DNA of 64,000 nt from Candidatus Eiseniibacteriota bacterium (lineage in GTDB: Bacteria; Eisenbacteria; RBG-16-71-46; CAZAMP01). The translations under genes and the position numbers were made by a program. Below, piece after piece: positions 39,624-48,692 of this stretch. The stretch's first letter is position 1; the number at the start of each line of letters is the position of its first letter. The DNA is taken from positions 512,001-576,000 of the forward strand of contig OZ245046.1 in NCBI GenBank assembly GCA_965224245.1. Reading direction: 5' to 3'. The notes under the pieces were generated by a model. It was not told where the DNA came from. It worked only from the letters and a program-made list of their open reading frames with translations, and did no database searches.

Positions 39624-42600
39624 ATGTCGGTCCCGTCGTTTCGTCGCGCCACGCGCCCACGGGCGCTCTTCACGTTCACCACGGTGCTCGCGATGCTGCT
39701 CGCGCTGGCGGTCGTCGGGACCGTGGCGTCCGCGACGTCCGTCGCGGACGCGGTGGAGAAGCCGGCGCCCGGGATGCTGACGATCCCCGCCCCGACCTCC
39801 GACACCCCCGCGCCGCTCCTCGAGGAGCTCCGCCAGGCGAAGCGCGCCGGCGACGTCGCGGCGGCTCACGCGCTGCACGAGACGCTGGGCTGGACGAGCG
39901 AGGCTCGAGCCGGCGACGCCGCCACGACGGCGGCGACCGTGACCCGCGCCGTCAGGCGCTCGGGACTCCCCGGCGGCCCCGATCCGCTGCTCTACGATCA
40001 GCTCGTGAACCAGCCGGCCTGGTCGTCGGGGGCACCGGCGATCGCGAGCACGAACGACGGCGTTCTCTACGCCGTCGTCGAGGACCTCAACGGCGCGTAC
40101 CTGGACATCTACCGGTCCGACAGCGGTGGCTACTCGTGGACGTACGAGCTGAGCCTGACCGGGGTCGATCCGGTCCAGCCGGCGATCGCGATCGCCGAAG
40201 GCAACGAGAACCGGCTCCTCGTCGTGTACGTCGACGGAAGCACGACGGCGTCGGCCGCGATCAAGTCGTTCCGGATGGACATCGACACCGGTACCTCGGC
40301 GACGTCCACCATCTTCGCGCAGGCCTACGCGGTCCTGTCCGACCCGCACATCGCGCTGGACAGTCCCGAGTACGCGTACTGGTACCCCTACGTGACGTGG
40401 ATCCGCGGCACGGTCGGGCGCGGGGTCTCGTACGGCGTCGACTTCAGCCGATCGCTCGACTACGGCGAGACGTGGACGTCGTCCACGACGCTGGCCACCA
40501 GTGCGACGAGCGATCTCGAGCACGACGTCGACTTCGGGGCGTCCACGCTGCACGTGGCCTACACGGTGACCGCCGCGCCGGGTAACCGCGACGTATACCT
40601 GCGCCGGAGCACCGACTTCGGCGGGTCATTCGCCGCCGGGAGCGGCGTGGCCACCGCCTCCCAGGACGAGTACGAGCCGACCGTGGGCGCGACGCGCGAC
40701 GGGAGCCTGGTCGCGGTCGCGTTCACGAAGGCCTACACCGTGAGCAACACCGACGCCGAGGCGGTCGTGTCGATCGACGGCACGAGCTGGTCGCTGACGT
40801 ACCTGCCGTACGACGGCTTGCTGGAAGGGCAGGTCGATCTGGCCGCCAGCGAGAACGCGCCCATCGTTCACGCGGTCTATCGCCGGGATCCCGGTCGCGT
40901 GGCCACGACGTCGATGCACGCGGAGATCCTGAGCTGGGACCCCGCGCATCGCGTGAACGAGTCCGCGCTGGCCGATCCGACCTACGGCCCCGCCGTGGTG
41001 GCCACGCCGGTTCGCGCGCAGGAGGCGGGTGTCGTCTGGACCACCCAGGGCCCCGACGCGAAGCGCGTGATGTTCGACGCGGACTACCCGGTCGGAGATC
41101 TCGTCGTGGTGCTCGCCGATCCCTCGCTGGCCACGGCCGTCGCCGGGTACCGGAGCTGGAAGGAGTCGATCGGCTATCGGGTCGTGGTGACCGACGTGCC
41201 GGCGATCCTGGCTGCATATCCGTCCGGTGACGACGCGGAGCGGATCTTCGCCTACCTCGCCGATCACAGTGACGCCACTCGCCACGTGATGCTGGTCGGA
41301 GACGTGGACCTCCTCCCGATGCGGCTCCTCTATCCGGACGACAAGGGACTCGCGTACGGCTCGGACTTCTACTACGCCAGCGTGGGGACACTGGTGTGGG
41401 ACTCGGATGGGGACGATCGATGGGGGGAGTTCGTGGACGACGGCCTCGATCCCAACCCGGATCTCATCGTGGCCCGGCTCCCGTTCGACGACGCGACCAG
41501 CGTGGAGGCCGCCTGTACGAACATGGTCGCGTTCGAGCAGGCGACCGGCGCCTGGAAGCGCAGCGTGGTTCTGGCCAACGGGTTCATGGACCACGTAGAG
41601 AATACGCCGGCCGATCCGGTCACCGACGCCGCCTACTCGGGTGAGGCCACCCGCGCCGACTGCCTGACGCCGATGGGATGGGGCTCGACCCGTCTCTACG
41701 AGGAGGGCGGGATCTCGACCTCGGTGTTCACGGTCGACACACCGCTCAGCCAGACCGCCTATCGCGCCGAGCTCGGATGGGGCATGCACGGAATCGTGAA
41801 CAACATCGCGCACGGCAATCCCACGGGGATGGCAGGAGTCGTCTGGGACGCCGACCTCAACGAGAGCTTCACCCGCGACCTGCCCGAGGAGTGGAGCTAC
41901 AACTGGTTCAGCAACTCCGGCGACATCTCGACCGACCCCGCGGCCGGGGTCGTGTGCCTGTGGGGGTGCTCGACCGCTCACCTGTTCGGGCAGTGCAACG
42001 CCTTCTCGAGCTCACCCCTGCGATCGCGGTTCCTGATCCGCGAGACGCGATCGGACATGATGCTCAAGGAGTATCTCCGGAACGGTGCGGGCGCGGTCAT
42101 CGCCGCGACTGCGGGGAGCGACTACGGCGCCGGGTGGACGACGCCGGCGCAGGGCCATCAGCAGTCGCTCGCGTACTACCTCTTCTCGGAGATCGAGGGC
42201 GGGCGGAGACGCATGGGGGACGCGTTCCACGCGGCGGCCGCGCGCTACGCGTCCACTCACGGGCTCGCGCGAGGCATCCGGGTCTTCCACGCGTTCGGCG
42301 ACCCGACGCTCTCGCTGGACGACGTCGAGATCCCGGCCGGCGCCGAGCGCGTGGCGGGGCCGGTCGCCGCCCACGTGACGGTCGACCGGAGCGGCACCGA
42401 GCGTGGGGGGGATTGCGACCTGCCCGTCGACTCGGTCGACTGGTCTGCGCCGGTCGAGCTTCCCGGCGGGATGTCCATCCAGACGTTCGCGATCTCCGGC
42501 TACGATCTCTTCGCCGGCGGGATCAGCTCCGATGAGACGGGCACCCGCGGCAGCGTCTATCACAGTCCCGACGGCGGCCTCCTGTGGACGCGCCACGACG

Positions 42601-43706
42601 TGCCCGGCGCGCGCTCGATTCGCGTGATCGAGCCCACGCGCGCCGGCGCGCTGATCGCCGCCGGGATGTCCGAGGAGGACGGCGCGTACCCGGCCGCGAT
42701 CTATCGTTCCACCGACGGTGCGGTCTCGTGGACCCCGACGTGGTTCGGTGTCGAGGGTGTCGTCACCGACGTGGTCGAGCGCGCCGACGGCCGTCTGGTG
42801 GCCGTGACCGGGTGGGACGGCGAGGTTCTCGAATCCGAGGACGACGGTGAGAGCTGGATGGCGATCGCCGATCTGGGCCCCGGTGTCTCGATCAGCTCGA
42901 TCTCCGAGGTCGACGGCGAGCTCTTCGCCACGCTGGATGCGCCAATGGGGCTGTCGCCGGTTCTTCACTCGTCGGACGGCGCGTCCTGGGGCCCGGTCGC
43001 CGGGCTGGAGACCGTGGAAGCCGCGTACGACCTCGTGCGCGGGGGCGACGGCGACCTCTACGCGGGCGTTCGCGACCTCGGAGGCGCCGGCGTCGTGTAC
43101 CGGTCGTCGACGGCCGGCGAGCTCTGGGAGCCGACCACGGAGTTTCCCGATCCCGGGGCGGTGCGGGTCCGCACGCTCCTGGAGGGTCCCGACGGATCGA
43201 TCTACGCCGGCGCATCGAGTGCGCTCGGGGTGGCGAGCACGCGCGTGTATCGACTGGAGCCCGGTGGCACCGACTGGGAGCGTGTCGGCTCCGAGGTGGA
43301 CCTGGCCAACGACGTGCATGCCATGACGGTGTACGGTCCGAACGTCTACGCCGGCACCGGCGACCTCTACGGCAGGGTCTACCTGATCTCGCACGGCGTG
43401 CTCCTGGCGGCTCCGGCCACGACGCCCGAGATCGCGCTCCGCGTCGACGCGGTGGCGCCGAACCCGTTCACCACCACGACCGCGTTCCGCTACACGATCG
43501 GCGCTCCCGCGGACGTCACCCTGGACGTCTTCGATGCGATGGGCCGGCTCGTGCGGCAGCTGACCGATCACGCAGCGGCGGGATCGCACACGATCGGGTG
43601 GGACGGGACGAACGCAGCCGGCGAGGCGGTCTCCACGGGCGTGTACTTCTATCGCCTGCGTGCCGGCGGACTCGAGGAACGGGGCCGTGTGGTCGTGGCC
43701 CGGTGA
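39624..43706 (+). CDS. Large secreted C25 (gingipain-family) peptidase with Asp-box propeller regions and FlgD-Ig/T9SS-like tail
   Basis: Signal peptide, Asp-boxes (SLDYGETW, STDFGGSF, STDGAVSW), C25 motifs (WKESIGY, MLVGD, SDFYY, VARLP, IAHG, WGCST, FGDP), 'PNPF...WDGTN..G..V.TGVYFYRL' tail. Confidence 0.82.
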   Translation: MSVPSFRRATRPRALFTFTTVLAMLLALAVVGTVASATSVADAVEKPAPGMLTIPAPTSDTPAPLLEELRQAKRAGDVAAAHALHETLGWTSEARAGDAATTAATVTRAVRRSGLPGGPDPLLYDQLVNQPAWSSGAPAIASTNDGVLYAVVEDLNGAYLDIYRSDSGGYSWTYELSLTGVDPVQPAIAIAEGNENRLLVVYVDGSTTASAAIKSFRMDIDTGTSATSTIFAQAYAVLSDPHIALDSPEYAYWYPYVTWIRGTVGRGVSYGVDFSRSLDYGETWTSSTTLATSATSDLEHDVDFGASTLHVAYTVTAAPGNRDVYLRRSTDFGGSFAAGSGVATASQDEYEPTVGATRDGSLVAVAFTKAYTVSNTDAEAVVSIDGTSWSLTYLPYDGLLEGQVDLAASENAPIVHAVYRRDPGRVATTSMHAEILSWDPAHRVNESALADPTYGPAVVATPVRAQEAGVVWTTQGPDAKRVMFDADYPVGDLVVVLADPSLATAVAGYRSWKESIGYRVVVTDVPAILAAYPSGDDAERIFAYLADHSDATRHVMLVGDVDLLPMRLLYPDDKGLAYGSDFYYASVGTLVWDSDGDDRWGEFVDDGLDPNPDLIVARLPFDDATSVEAACTNMVAFEQATGAWKRSVVLANGFMDHVENTPADPVTDAAYSGEATRADCLTPMGWGSTRLYEEGGISTSVFTVDTPLSQTAYRAELGWGMHGIVNNIAHGNPTGMAGVVWDADLNESFTRDLPEEWSYNWFSNSGDISTDPAAGVVCLWGCSTAHLFGQCNAFSSSPLRSRFLIRETRSDMMLKEYLRNGAGAVIAATAGSDYGAGWTTPAQGHQQSLAYYLFSEIEGGRRRMGDAFHAAAARYASTHGLARGIRVFHAFGDPTLSLDDVEIPAGAERVAGPVAAHVTVDRSGTERGGDCDLPVDSVDWSAPVELPGGMSIQTFAISGYDLFAGGISSDETGTRGSVYHSPDGGLLWTRHDVPGARSIRVIEPTRAGALIAAGMSEEDGAYPAAIYRSTDGAVSWTPTWFGVEGVVTDVVERADGRLVAVTGWDGEVLESEDDGESWMAIADLGPGVSISSISEVDGELFATLDAPMGLSPVLHSSDGASWGPVAGLETVEAAYDLVRGGDGDLYAGVRDLGGAGVVYRSSTAGELWEPTTEFPDPGAVRVRTLLEGPDGSIYAGASSALGVASTRVYRLEPGGTDWERVGSEVDLANDVHAMTVYGPNVYAGTGDLYGRVYLISHGVLLAAPATTPEIALRVDAVAPNPFTTTTAFRYTIGAPADVTLDVFDAMGRLVRQLTDHAAAGSHTIGWDGTNAAGEAVSTGVYFYRLRAGGLEERGRVVVAR

Positions 43707-43804
43707 GAGCGAAGCCGACGCGCACTTTCCTGTGAGCGTCAGATCGTCGATACTTGCGGAGCGGGTGGGTAGTTCGGCTCGCCTGCTCCGTGAGGAGTAC
43801 GACG

Positions 43805-44386
43805 ATGTCCGAGACGCCCAGCCCCGCCGAGTCCTCGATCGAGCTCATCCGGCGCGTGCAGGCGGGCGACGACGACGCGCTGAACCGGCTCTGTGCCCGC
43901 TACCTGCCCATCCTCCAGCGGTGGGCGTCGGGCCGACTCCCGGCGCGTGCTCGCCAGGCCGTGGAGACCGCCGACCTCGTGCAGGACACGCTGGTGCAGA
44001 CGCTGGGCAACCTCGGCCCGTTCGAGCACCGGCGGGAGGGAGCGATCCTGGCGTACCTCAGGACCGCGCTCAGCAACCGCATCCGGAGCCAGATTCGCCG
44101 CGTGGATCGGCGTCCGGAAGAGGTGGACCTGGACGAGCGTCTGAACGCGCACCCGTCGCCCACGCCGATCGATACGCTCATCGGGTCGGAGAACGCGCGC
44201 CGGTACGAGACCGCGCTCGCGTCGCTGCGTCCGGTCGAGCGCGAGGTGATCATCGCGCGGCTCGAGTTCGGGCTGTCGTTCGCCGAACTGGCCGACGCGC
44301 TCGAGAAGCCGAGCGCCGACTCGGCGCGCATGTTCTTTCGCCGGGCCGTGCTGCGTCTGGCCGAGGCGATGCGCGATGACGCGTGA
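43805..44386 (+). CDS. ECF-type RNA polymerase sigma factor
   Basis: 'AGDDDALNRL', 'DLVQDT', 'YLRTALSNRIR', region 4 'LRPVEREVI...GLSFAELADAL'. GAGGAG RBS. Confidence 0.9.
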   Translation: MSETPSPAESSIELIRRVQAGDDDALNRLCARYLPILQRWASGRLPARARQAVETADLVQDTLVQTLGNLGPFEHRREGAILAYLRTALSNRIRSQIRRVDRRPEEVDLDERLNAHPSPTPIDTLIGSENARRYETALASLRPVEREVIIARLEFGLSFAELADALEKPSADSARMFFRRAVLRLAEAMRDDA

Positions 44387-47300
44387 TCCGACCGTCGAGC
44401 ACGTGCTGTCCGCGATCGCCGATCGCGACGCGGTGGACTGGGAGCACACGTTCTCGAAGTCCGGTGACGAGCCCACCCGGCGCACGCTCGAGGCGCTCCG
44501 GGTGATCGCGCGCATGCAGCAGCTCCCCGACCCCGGCGGGGTCTCTGATCCCGGCGGGACCTCCGACGCCGCCGGAGACGTGCCCACGCACTGGGGCACG
44601 CTGGAGATTCTCGAGCGCATCGGTGCCGGGAGCTTCGGCACGGTCTACCGCGCGCGGGATCCGGCGCTGGATCTCGAGGTCGCGCTGAAGGTGCTCCACG
44701 CCGCGAGCGAGGCGTCGAACGTCGCGATCCTCGAGGAGGGACGCTGGCTGGCCAAGCTCCGCCACCCGAACGTCGTGCGCGTGTACGGGGTGGACGAGCG
44801 CGACGGTCGGATCGGCCTCCGGATGGAGCTCATCCGCGGACGGTCGCTGGACCGGATCGTGCGCGAGGAAGGACCGATCGGTCCCTACGAGGTCACGCGC
44901 ATCGGCATGGACCTCTGTCACGCGCTCTCGGTGGTGCACGGGGCGGGACTGGTTCACGGCGATCTGAAGGCCCAGAACGTCATGCGTGACGACGACGGTC
45001 GCATCGTGCTGATGGACTTCGGGGCCGGATCACGCGTGGGCGACGAGGATGCATCGACGCCGACCCTGCGCGGCACGCCGATCTACCTGGCCCCCGAGGT
45101 GATCGCCGGGGGGGCGCGAACCACGGCCTCGGACATCTACGCGCTGGGGACCACGCTCTACTTTCTCGTCTCCGGACGCTTTCCGATCGAGGCCTCGACG
45201 CTCGCCGAGGTCGACGCGGCGCACGCGGAAGCCCGCGTGACGTCGCTGGCGGCGGTGAGCCCGGATCTGCCCGATGCGTTCGTGGCCGTCGTGGCGCATG
45301 CCACCGATCCGTCGCCCGACGCACGCCAGGCATCCGCGGCCGAGCTGGCGCGCGCGCTGGCTCGCGTGCTGGTGGTGCCGAGCGAAGGTGCGCGAGGAGA
45401 CTCGGCCACGCCGACGAACCTGCCGCCGAGCATGACGCGATTCATCGGGCGACGGCGGGCCCTCGAGGAGCTCTCGGCCCTGGCGAGCGAGCACCGACTG
45501 GTCACGCTGACGGGGCCGGGGGGATCGGGCAAGACGCGTCTGGCCGTCGAGCTCGGCGCCTCGCTCCTGGACGCGTTCGCCGACGGCGTGTGGATGGTCC
45601 CGCTGGCGCCGGTCCGGGACGCGGCCGGCGTCATCTCGGCGATCGAGCGCGTTCTCGGGGTGCCCGAGCAGTCGGGGGAGGCGTCGGTCGACGCGATCGC
45701 GAAGTCGATCGACGCCATCGCGCGGCACCTCGACGGTCGTCACATGCTGCTGCTCCTGGACAACTGCGAGCGCGTCGCCGGGGTGCTGGCCGATCACGTG
45801 ACCCGGCTGCTCTCACGCGGCACGTCGGCCAGGATCCTCGCCACCAGCCGCGAGCCGATCGGGATCCCCGGCGAGTGGATCTACGGCGTTTCCCCGCTGG
45901 ACGTCCCCGCCTCGATCGAGGCCGGGCGATCGGTCACCGGTGATGCCGCCGCGGTCGATCCCGACGAGCTCGTACGCACCGAGTCGATCCAGCTGTTCGT
46001 GGACCGAGCCCGCGCCGCCGCCGGTCGGTTCGAGCTGACCGACGCCAACCGGGACGCGGTCGCGAACATCTGTCGCCGCCTCGACGGGCTGCCGCTCGCG
46101 CTGGAGCTCGCAGCCGCCCAGGTACGCTCGCTCCCGGTGGACGAGCTGGCCCGGCGCCTGGAGACGCGGCTGGACGTACTCCGGGACCGTGGTGCGCCCG
46201 AGCCGGCGCATCACGAGACCCTGGGGACGTCGATCTCTTGGAGCCTCGATCGATTGACGCCACGCGACCGGGAGGCGCTCGTCGTCCTGTCCACGTTCGT
46301 GGGTGGATGGTCGCTGGAGGCGGCGGAGACCGTCTTGCCGGAGGCCTGCGGGATGCCCGAATCGGAGGTGATCGACGTGCTGTCGAGCGTCACGTCGAAG
46401 TCGCTCGTGCATCTGACGGACTCCGGAGGCGCGGGAGTGCGCTACGAGATGCTCGAGACGGTCCGGGAGTACACGCAGAGCCGGCCCGGCTCCGATGCCA
46501 CGCGAGACGCCGCACGGCCCGCCTTCGTCTCTTACTACCTGGCGCTGGCCACGTCGAGCAATCAGGCGCTCATGAGCGCCGGCGACGTGGAGGCACTGGC
46601 GCGGCTGGAGTCCGAGCGACACAACCTGCTCGCGGCGGTCCGCGCCTCTGTCGAGACGGACGACCTGGAGACCGCGATGCTCATCGCCGGCGCCCTCGGC
46701 CGATACTGGATGGTCAGCGCGCGAACGCGGGAGGGACTCTCGCTCTGCCGGGAGCTCCTCGCGCATCCGGCGTCGTCACGGCGCTCGCCGGCTCGCGCCA
46801 CCGTCGCGTCGTGGTGCGCGGTGTTCGTGAAGAACGCCGACGGGACCGCGTCGCGGCGGTACTGGGAGGAGGCTCTGTCCATTCGCCGTGACGCGGGCGA
46901 CCAGAGGGGCATCGCGTCCGTGTTGAATGGCCTGGCCGTCCTGGAGTACGACGCGGGAAACACCGCACGCGCCCGCGATCTGTACGACGAGAGCCTCGCG
47001 CTGCGACGGGAGCTCGACGAGGAGCGCGGCATCGCGCAGTCGCTGACGAATCTCGCGCTGTGCAGCGTCGCCGAGGGGCGCCTCGACGACGCGGCCGCGG
47101 AGTTCGAGGAAGCCCTGGCGATCCACCGCCGCCGCGAGAACGTCTGGGGCGTTGCCCACGTGACCGGCCAGCTCGGGTTCGTGCGGGCGCGCGCCGGAGC
47201 GCTCGACGAAGGCCGGCGTCTTCTGGAGGAGGCGATCGCGATTCACGAGGACCTGGGTCCCGAGGTCGCACTGAGCGTGCGCCTCGGCTTCGTGTACCTG

Positions 47301-47609
47301 TGGTCGGCGCTCTTCGAGGCGGCACGCGAGCGCTTTCGGATGGCCGTCCGGGTCAACGAGGCCACCGGTGACGACATGCCCCCATCGGAGGCGCTCCGCG
47401 GTCTGGCCCTCGTGGCGCTTCACCACGGCGAGCACGAGCAGGCCGCGCGACTCCTGGGCGCATCGGCCCGGAATCGCTTCGTGTCGCTCGATGCGTTCCA
47501 GCGCGCGGAGACCGAGAAGGCCGAACGGGCCCTGCGCGAAGCGCTCGGAGATGCCATCTACGAACGCGCGTGGACCGAGGGCGCCGACGATCCCGATCCC
47601 GCGGTGTAG
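44376..47609 (+). CDS. Ser/Thr protein kinase fused to NB-ARC/STAND-like ATPase and TPR repeats
   Basis: Kinase (IGAGSFGTVY, VALK, HGDLKAQN, DFG, APE), 'FIGRRR', 'GPGGSGKTRLA', 'LLLDNCE', 'GLPLALELAA', C-terminal TPRs. No TM segment. Confidence 0.9.
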   Translation: MTRDPTVEHVLSAIADRDAVDWEHTFSKSGDEPTRRTLEALRVIARMQQLPDPGGVSDPGGTSDAAGDVPTHWGTLEILERIGAGSFGTVYRARDPALDLEVALKVLHAASEASNVAILEEGRWLAKLRHPNVVRVYGVDERDGRIGLRMELIRGRSLDRIVREEGPIGPYEVTRIGMDLCHALSVVHGAGLVHGDLKAQNVMRDDDGRIVLMDFGAGSRVGDEDASTPTLRGTPIYLAPEVIAGGARTTASDIYALGTTLYFLVSGRFPIEASTLAEVDAAHAEARVTSLAAVSPDLPDAFVAVVAHATDPSPDARQASAAELARALARVLVVPSEGARGDSATPTNLPPSMTRFIGRRRALEELSALASEHRLVTLTGPGGSGKTRLAVELGASLLDAFADGVWMVPLAPVRDAAGVISAIERVLGVPEQSGEASVDAIAKSIDAIARHLDGRHMLLLLDNCERVAGVLADHVTRLLSRGTSARILATSREPIGIPGEWIYGVSPLDVPASIEAGRSVTGDAAAVDPDELVRTESIQLFVDRARAAAGRFELTDANRDAVANICRRLDGLPLALELAAAQVRSLPVDELARRLETRLDVLRDRGAPEPAHHETLGTSISWSLDRLTPRDREALVVLSTFVGGWSLEAAETVLPEACGMPESEVIDVLSSVTSKSLVHLTDSGGAGVRYEMLETVREYTQSRPGSDATRDAARPAFVSYYLALATSSNQALMSAGDVEALARLESERHNLLAAVRASVETDDLETAMLIAGALGRYWMVSARTREGLSLCRELLAHPASSRRSPARATVASWCAVFVKNADGTASRRYWEEALSIRRDAGDQRGIASVLNGLAVLEYDAGNTARARDLYDESLALRRELDEERGIAQSLTNLALCSVAEGRLDDAAAEFEEALAIHRRRENVWGVAHVTGQLGFVRARAGALDEGRRLLEEAIAIHEDLGPEVALSVRLGFVYLWSALFEAARERFRMAVRVNEATGDDMPPSEALRGLALVALHHGEHEQAARLLGASARNRFVSLDAFQRAETEKAERALREALGDAIYERAWTEGADDPDPAV

Positions 47610-47729
47610 GCGACCGATCCCACCGGCACCGAGACGTTCCCTCTCCCCTCGCGCCCCCCAAGCGCCCATCGTGCCCGGTTGTGCTAGTCTGTCGCCGCAG
47701 GCTGATGGGGAAGGTGTGAGGAGGACACG

Positions 47730-48668
47730 ATGTTTCGTCCGTTGTCGTTCACGTTGGCCGCCACGGTCGCCTCGGGGGTTGCGCTCGGGGCGACGACGAT
47801 GGAGCCCCGTATCGGGCTTCCCTTCCAGCTGACCAGCGGACCCGCGCACGACACCAACCCGACCTGGTCGCCCGACGGGGCGTCGATCGCGTACGAGTCC
47901 ACGTCGACCGGATCCACCGCCGACATCTGGATCGTGCCGTCGGGTGGGGGAACGGCGGAGCCGCTCACCACGGGATCGCCCGCCGACACCGAGCCCACGT
48001 GGTCCCCGGACGGGTCCCAGGTGGCGTATGCATCGCAGACCATCTCCGCCTGGGACCTCTACGCGACCCCGGTGCTCGGTGGGTCGCCGACGCGTCTGAC
48101 GTTCTTCGGCGGCGCCGAGACCGACGCCGACTGGTCGTCCGGCGGCATCGCATTCGAGTCGGGCCGGAGCGGGAACGGCGACATCTGGGTGCTGGACATG
48201 GGCCCTCCGAGCGGCTCCGCCACCCAGATCACGTTCTCCCTGGACGAGGACCGCGATCCGACCTGGTCGCCGGACGGGTCGGAGATCGCGTTCGCATCCG
48301 ACCGGGACGTGGACTTGACCTTCGACATCTGGGTGATCCCTGCGACCGGGGGAGGCGCCGAGCAGCTCACCCGGACGATCGGCGACGCACTCGAGCCCGC
48401 GTGGTCACCCGACGGCCTCTGGATCGCGTTCACGCTGCGTCAGACCACGACGACCGACATCTGGATCGTCCCCGCCGCGGGTGGCAATCCGGTGCGCATC
48501 ACCACCGATCCCGCCCAGGACGAGGCGCCGACCTGGTCGCCCGATGGGAGTCAGCTCGCGTTCAGCTCGGATCGGGGTGGGAGCGCCGACATCTGGATCG
48601 TCGGCGTGGACGAGGTCCCGACGGTGCGTACGTCGTGGGCCGGCCTCAAGAGCCGGCATCGCGAATGA
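47730..48668 (+). CDS. Secreted PD40/TolB-like beta-propeller protein
   Basis: Signal peptide, about six repeats of 'P.WSPDG..IA...DIW', C-terminus 'VPTVRTSWAGLKSRHRE'. GAGGAGG RBS. Confidence 0.88.
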   Translation: MFRPLSFTLAATVASGVALGATTMEPRIGLPFQLTSGPAHDTNPTWSPDGASIAYESTSTGSTADIWIVPSGGGTAEPLTTGSPADTEPTWSPDGSQVAYASQTISAWDLYATPVLGGSPTRLTFFGGAETDADWSSGGIAFESGRSGNGDIWVLDMGPPSGSATQITFSLDEDRDPTWSPDGSEIAFASDRDVDLTFDIWVIPATGGGAEQLTRTIGDALEPAWSPDGLWIAFTLRQTTTTDIWIVPAAGGNPVRITTDPAQDEAPTWSPDGSQLAFSSDRGGSADIWIVGVDEVPTVRTSWAGLKSRHRE

Positions 48669-48692
48669 GTCGCCTCCCCGTCGGCGGTCCTT

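Noticed and set aside
44376-47609. Calling the kinase-STAND-TPR protein an Avs-type anti-phage system
   Set aside because: The architecture is compatible, but there is no defence-island context, and coupling to an ECF favours signalling.
47850-48600. Regularly spaced DNA repeats (ACCTGGTCGCC.GA.GG, GACATCTGG) resembling an array
   Set aside because: They encode PD40 propeller blades in frame. This is not CRISPR and no cas genes are present.
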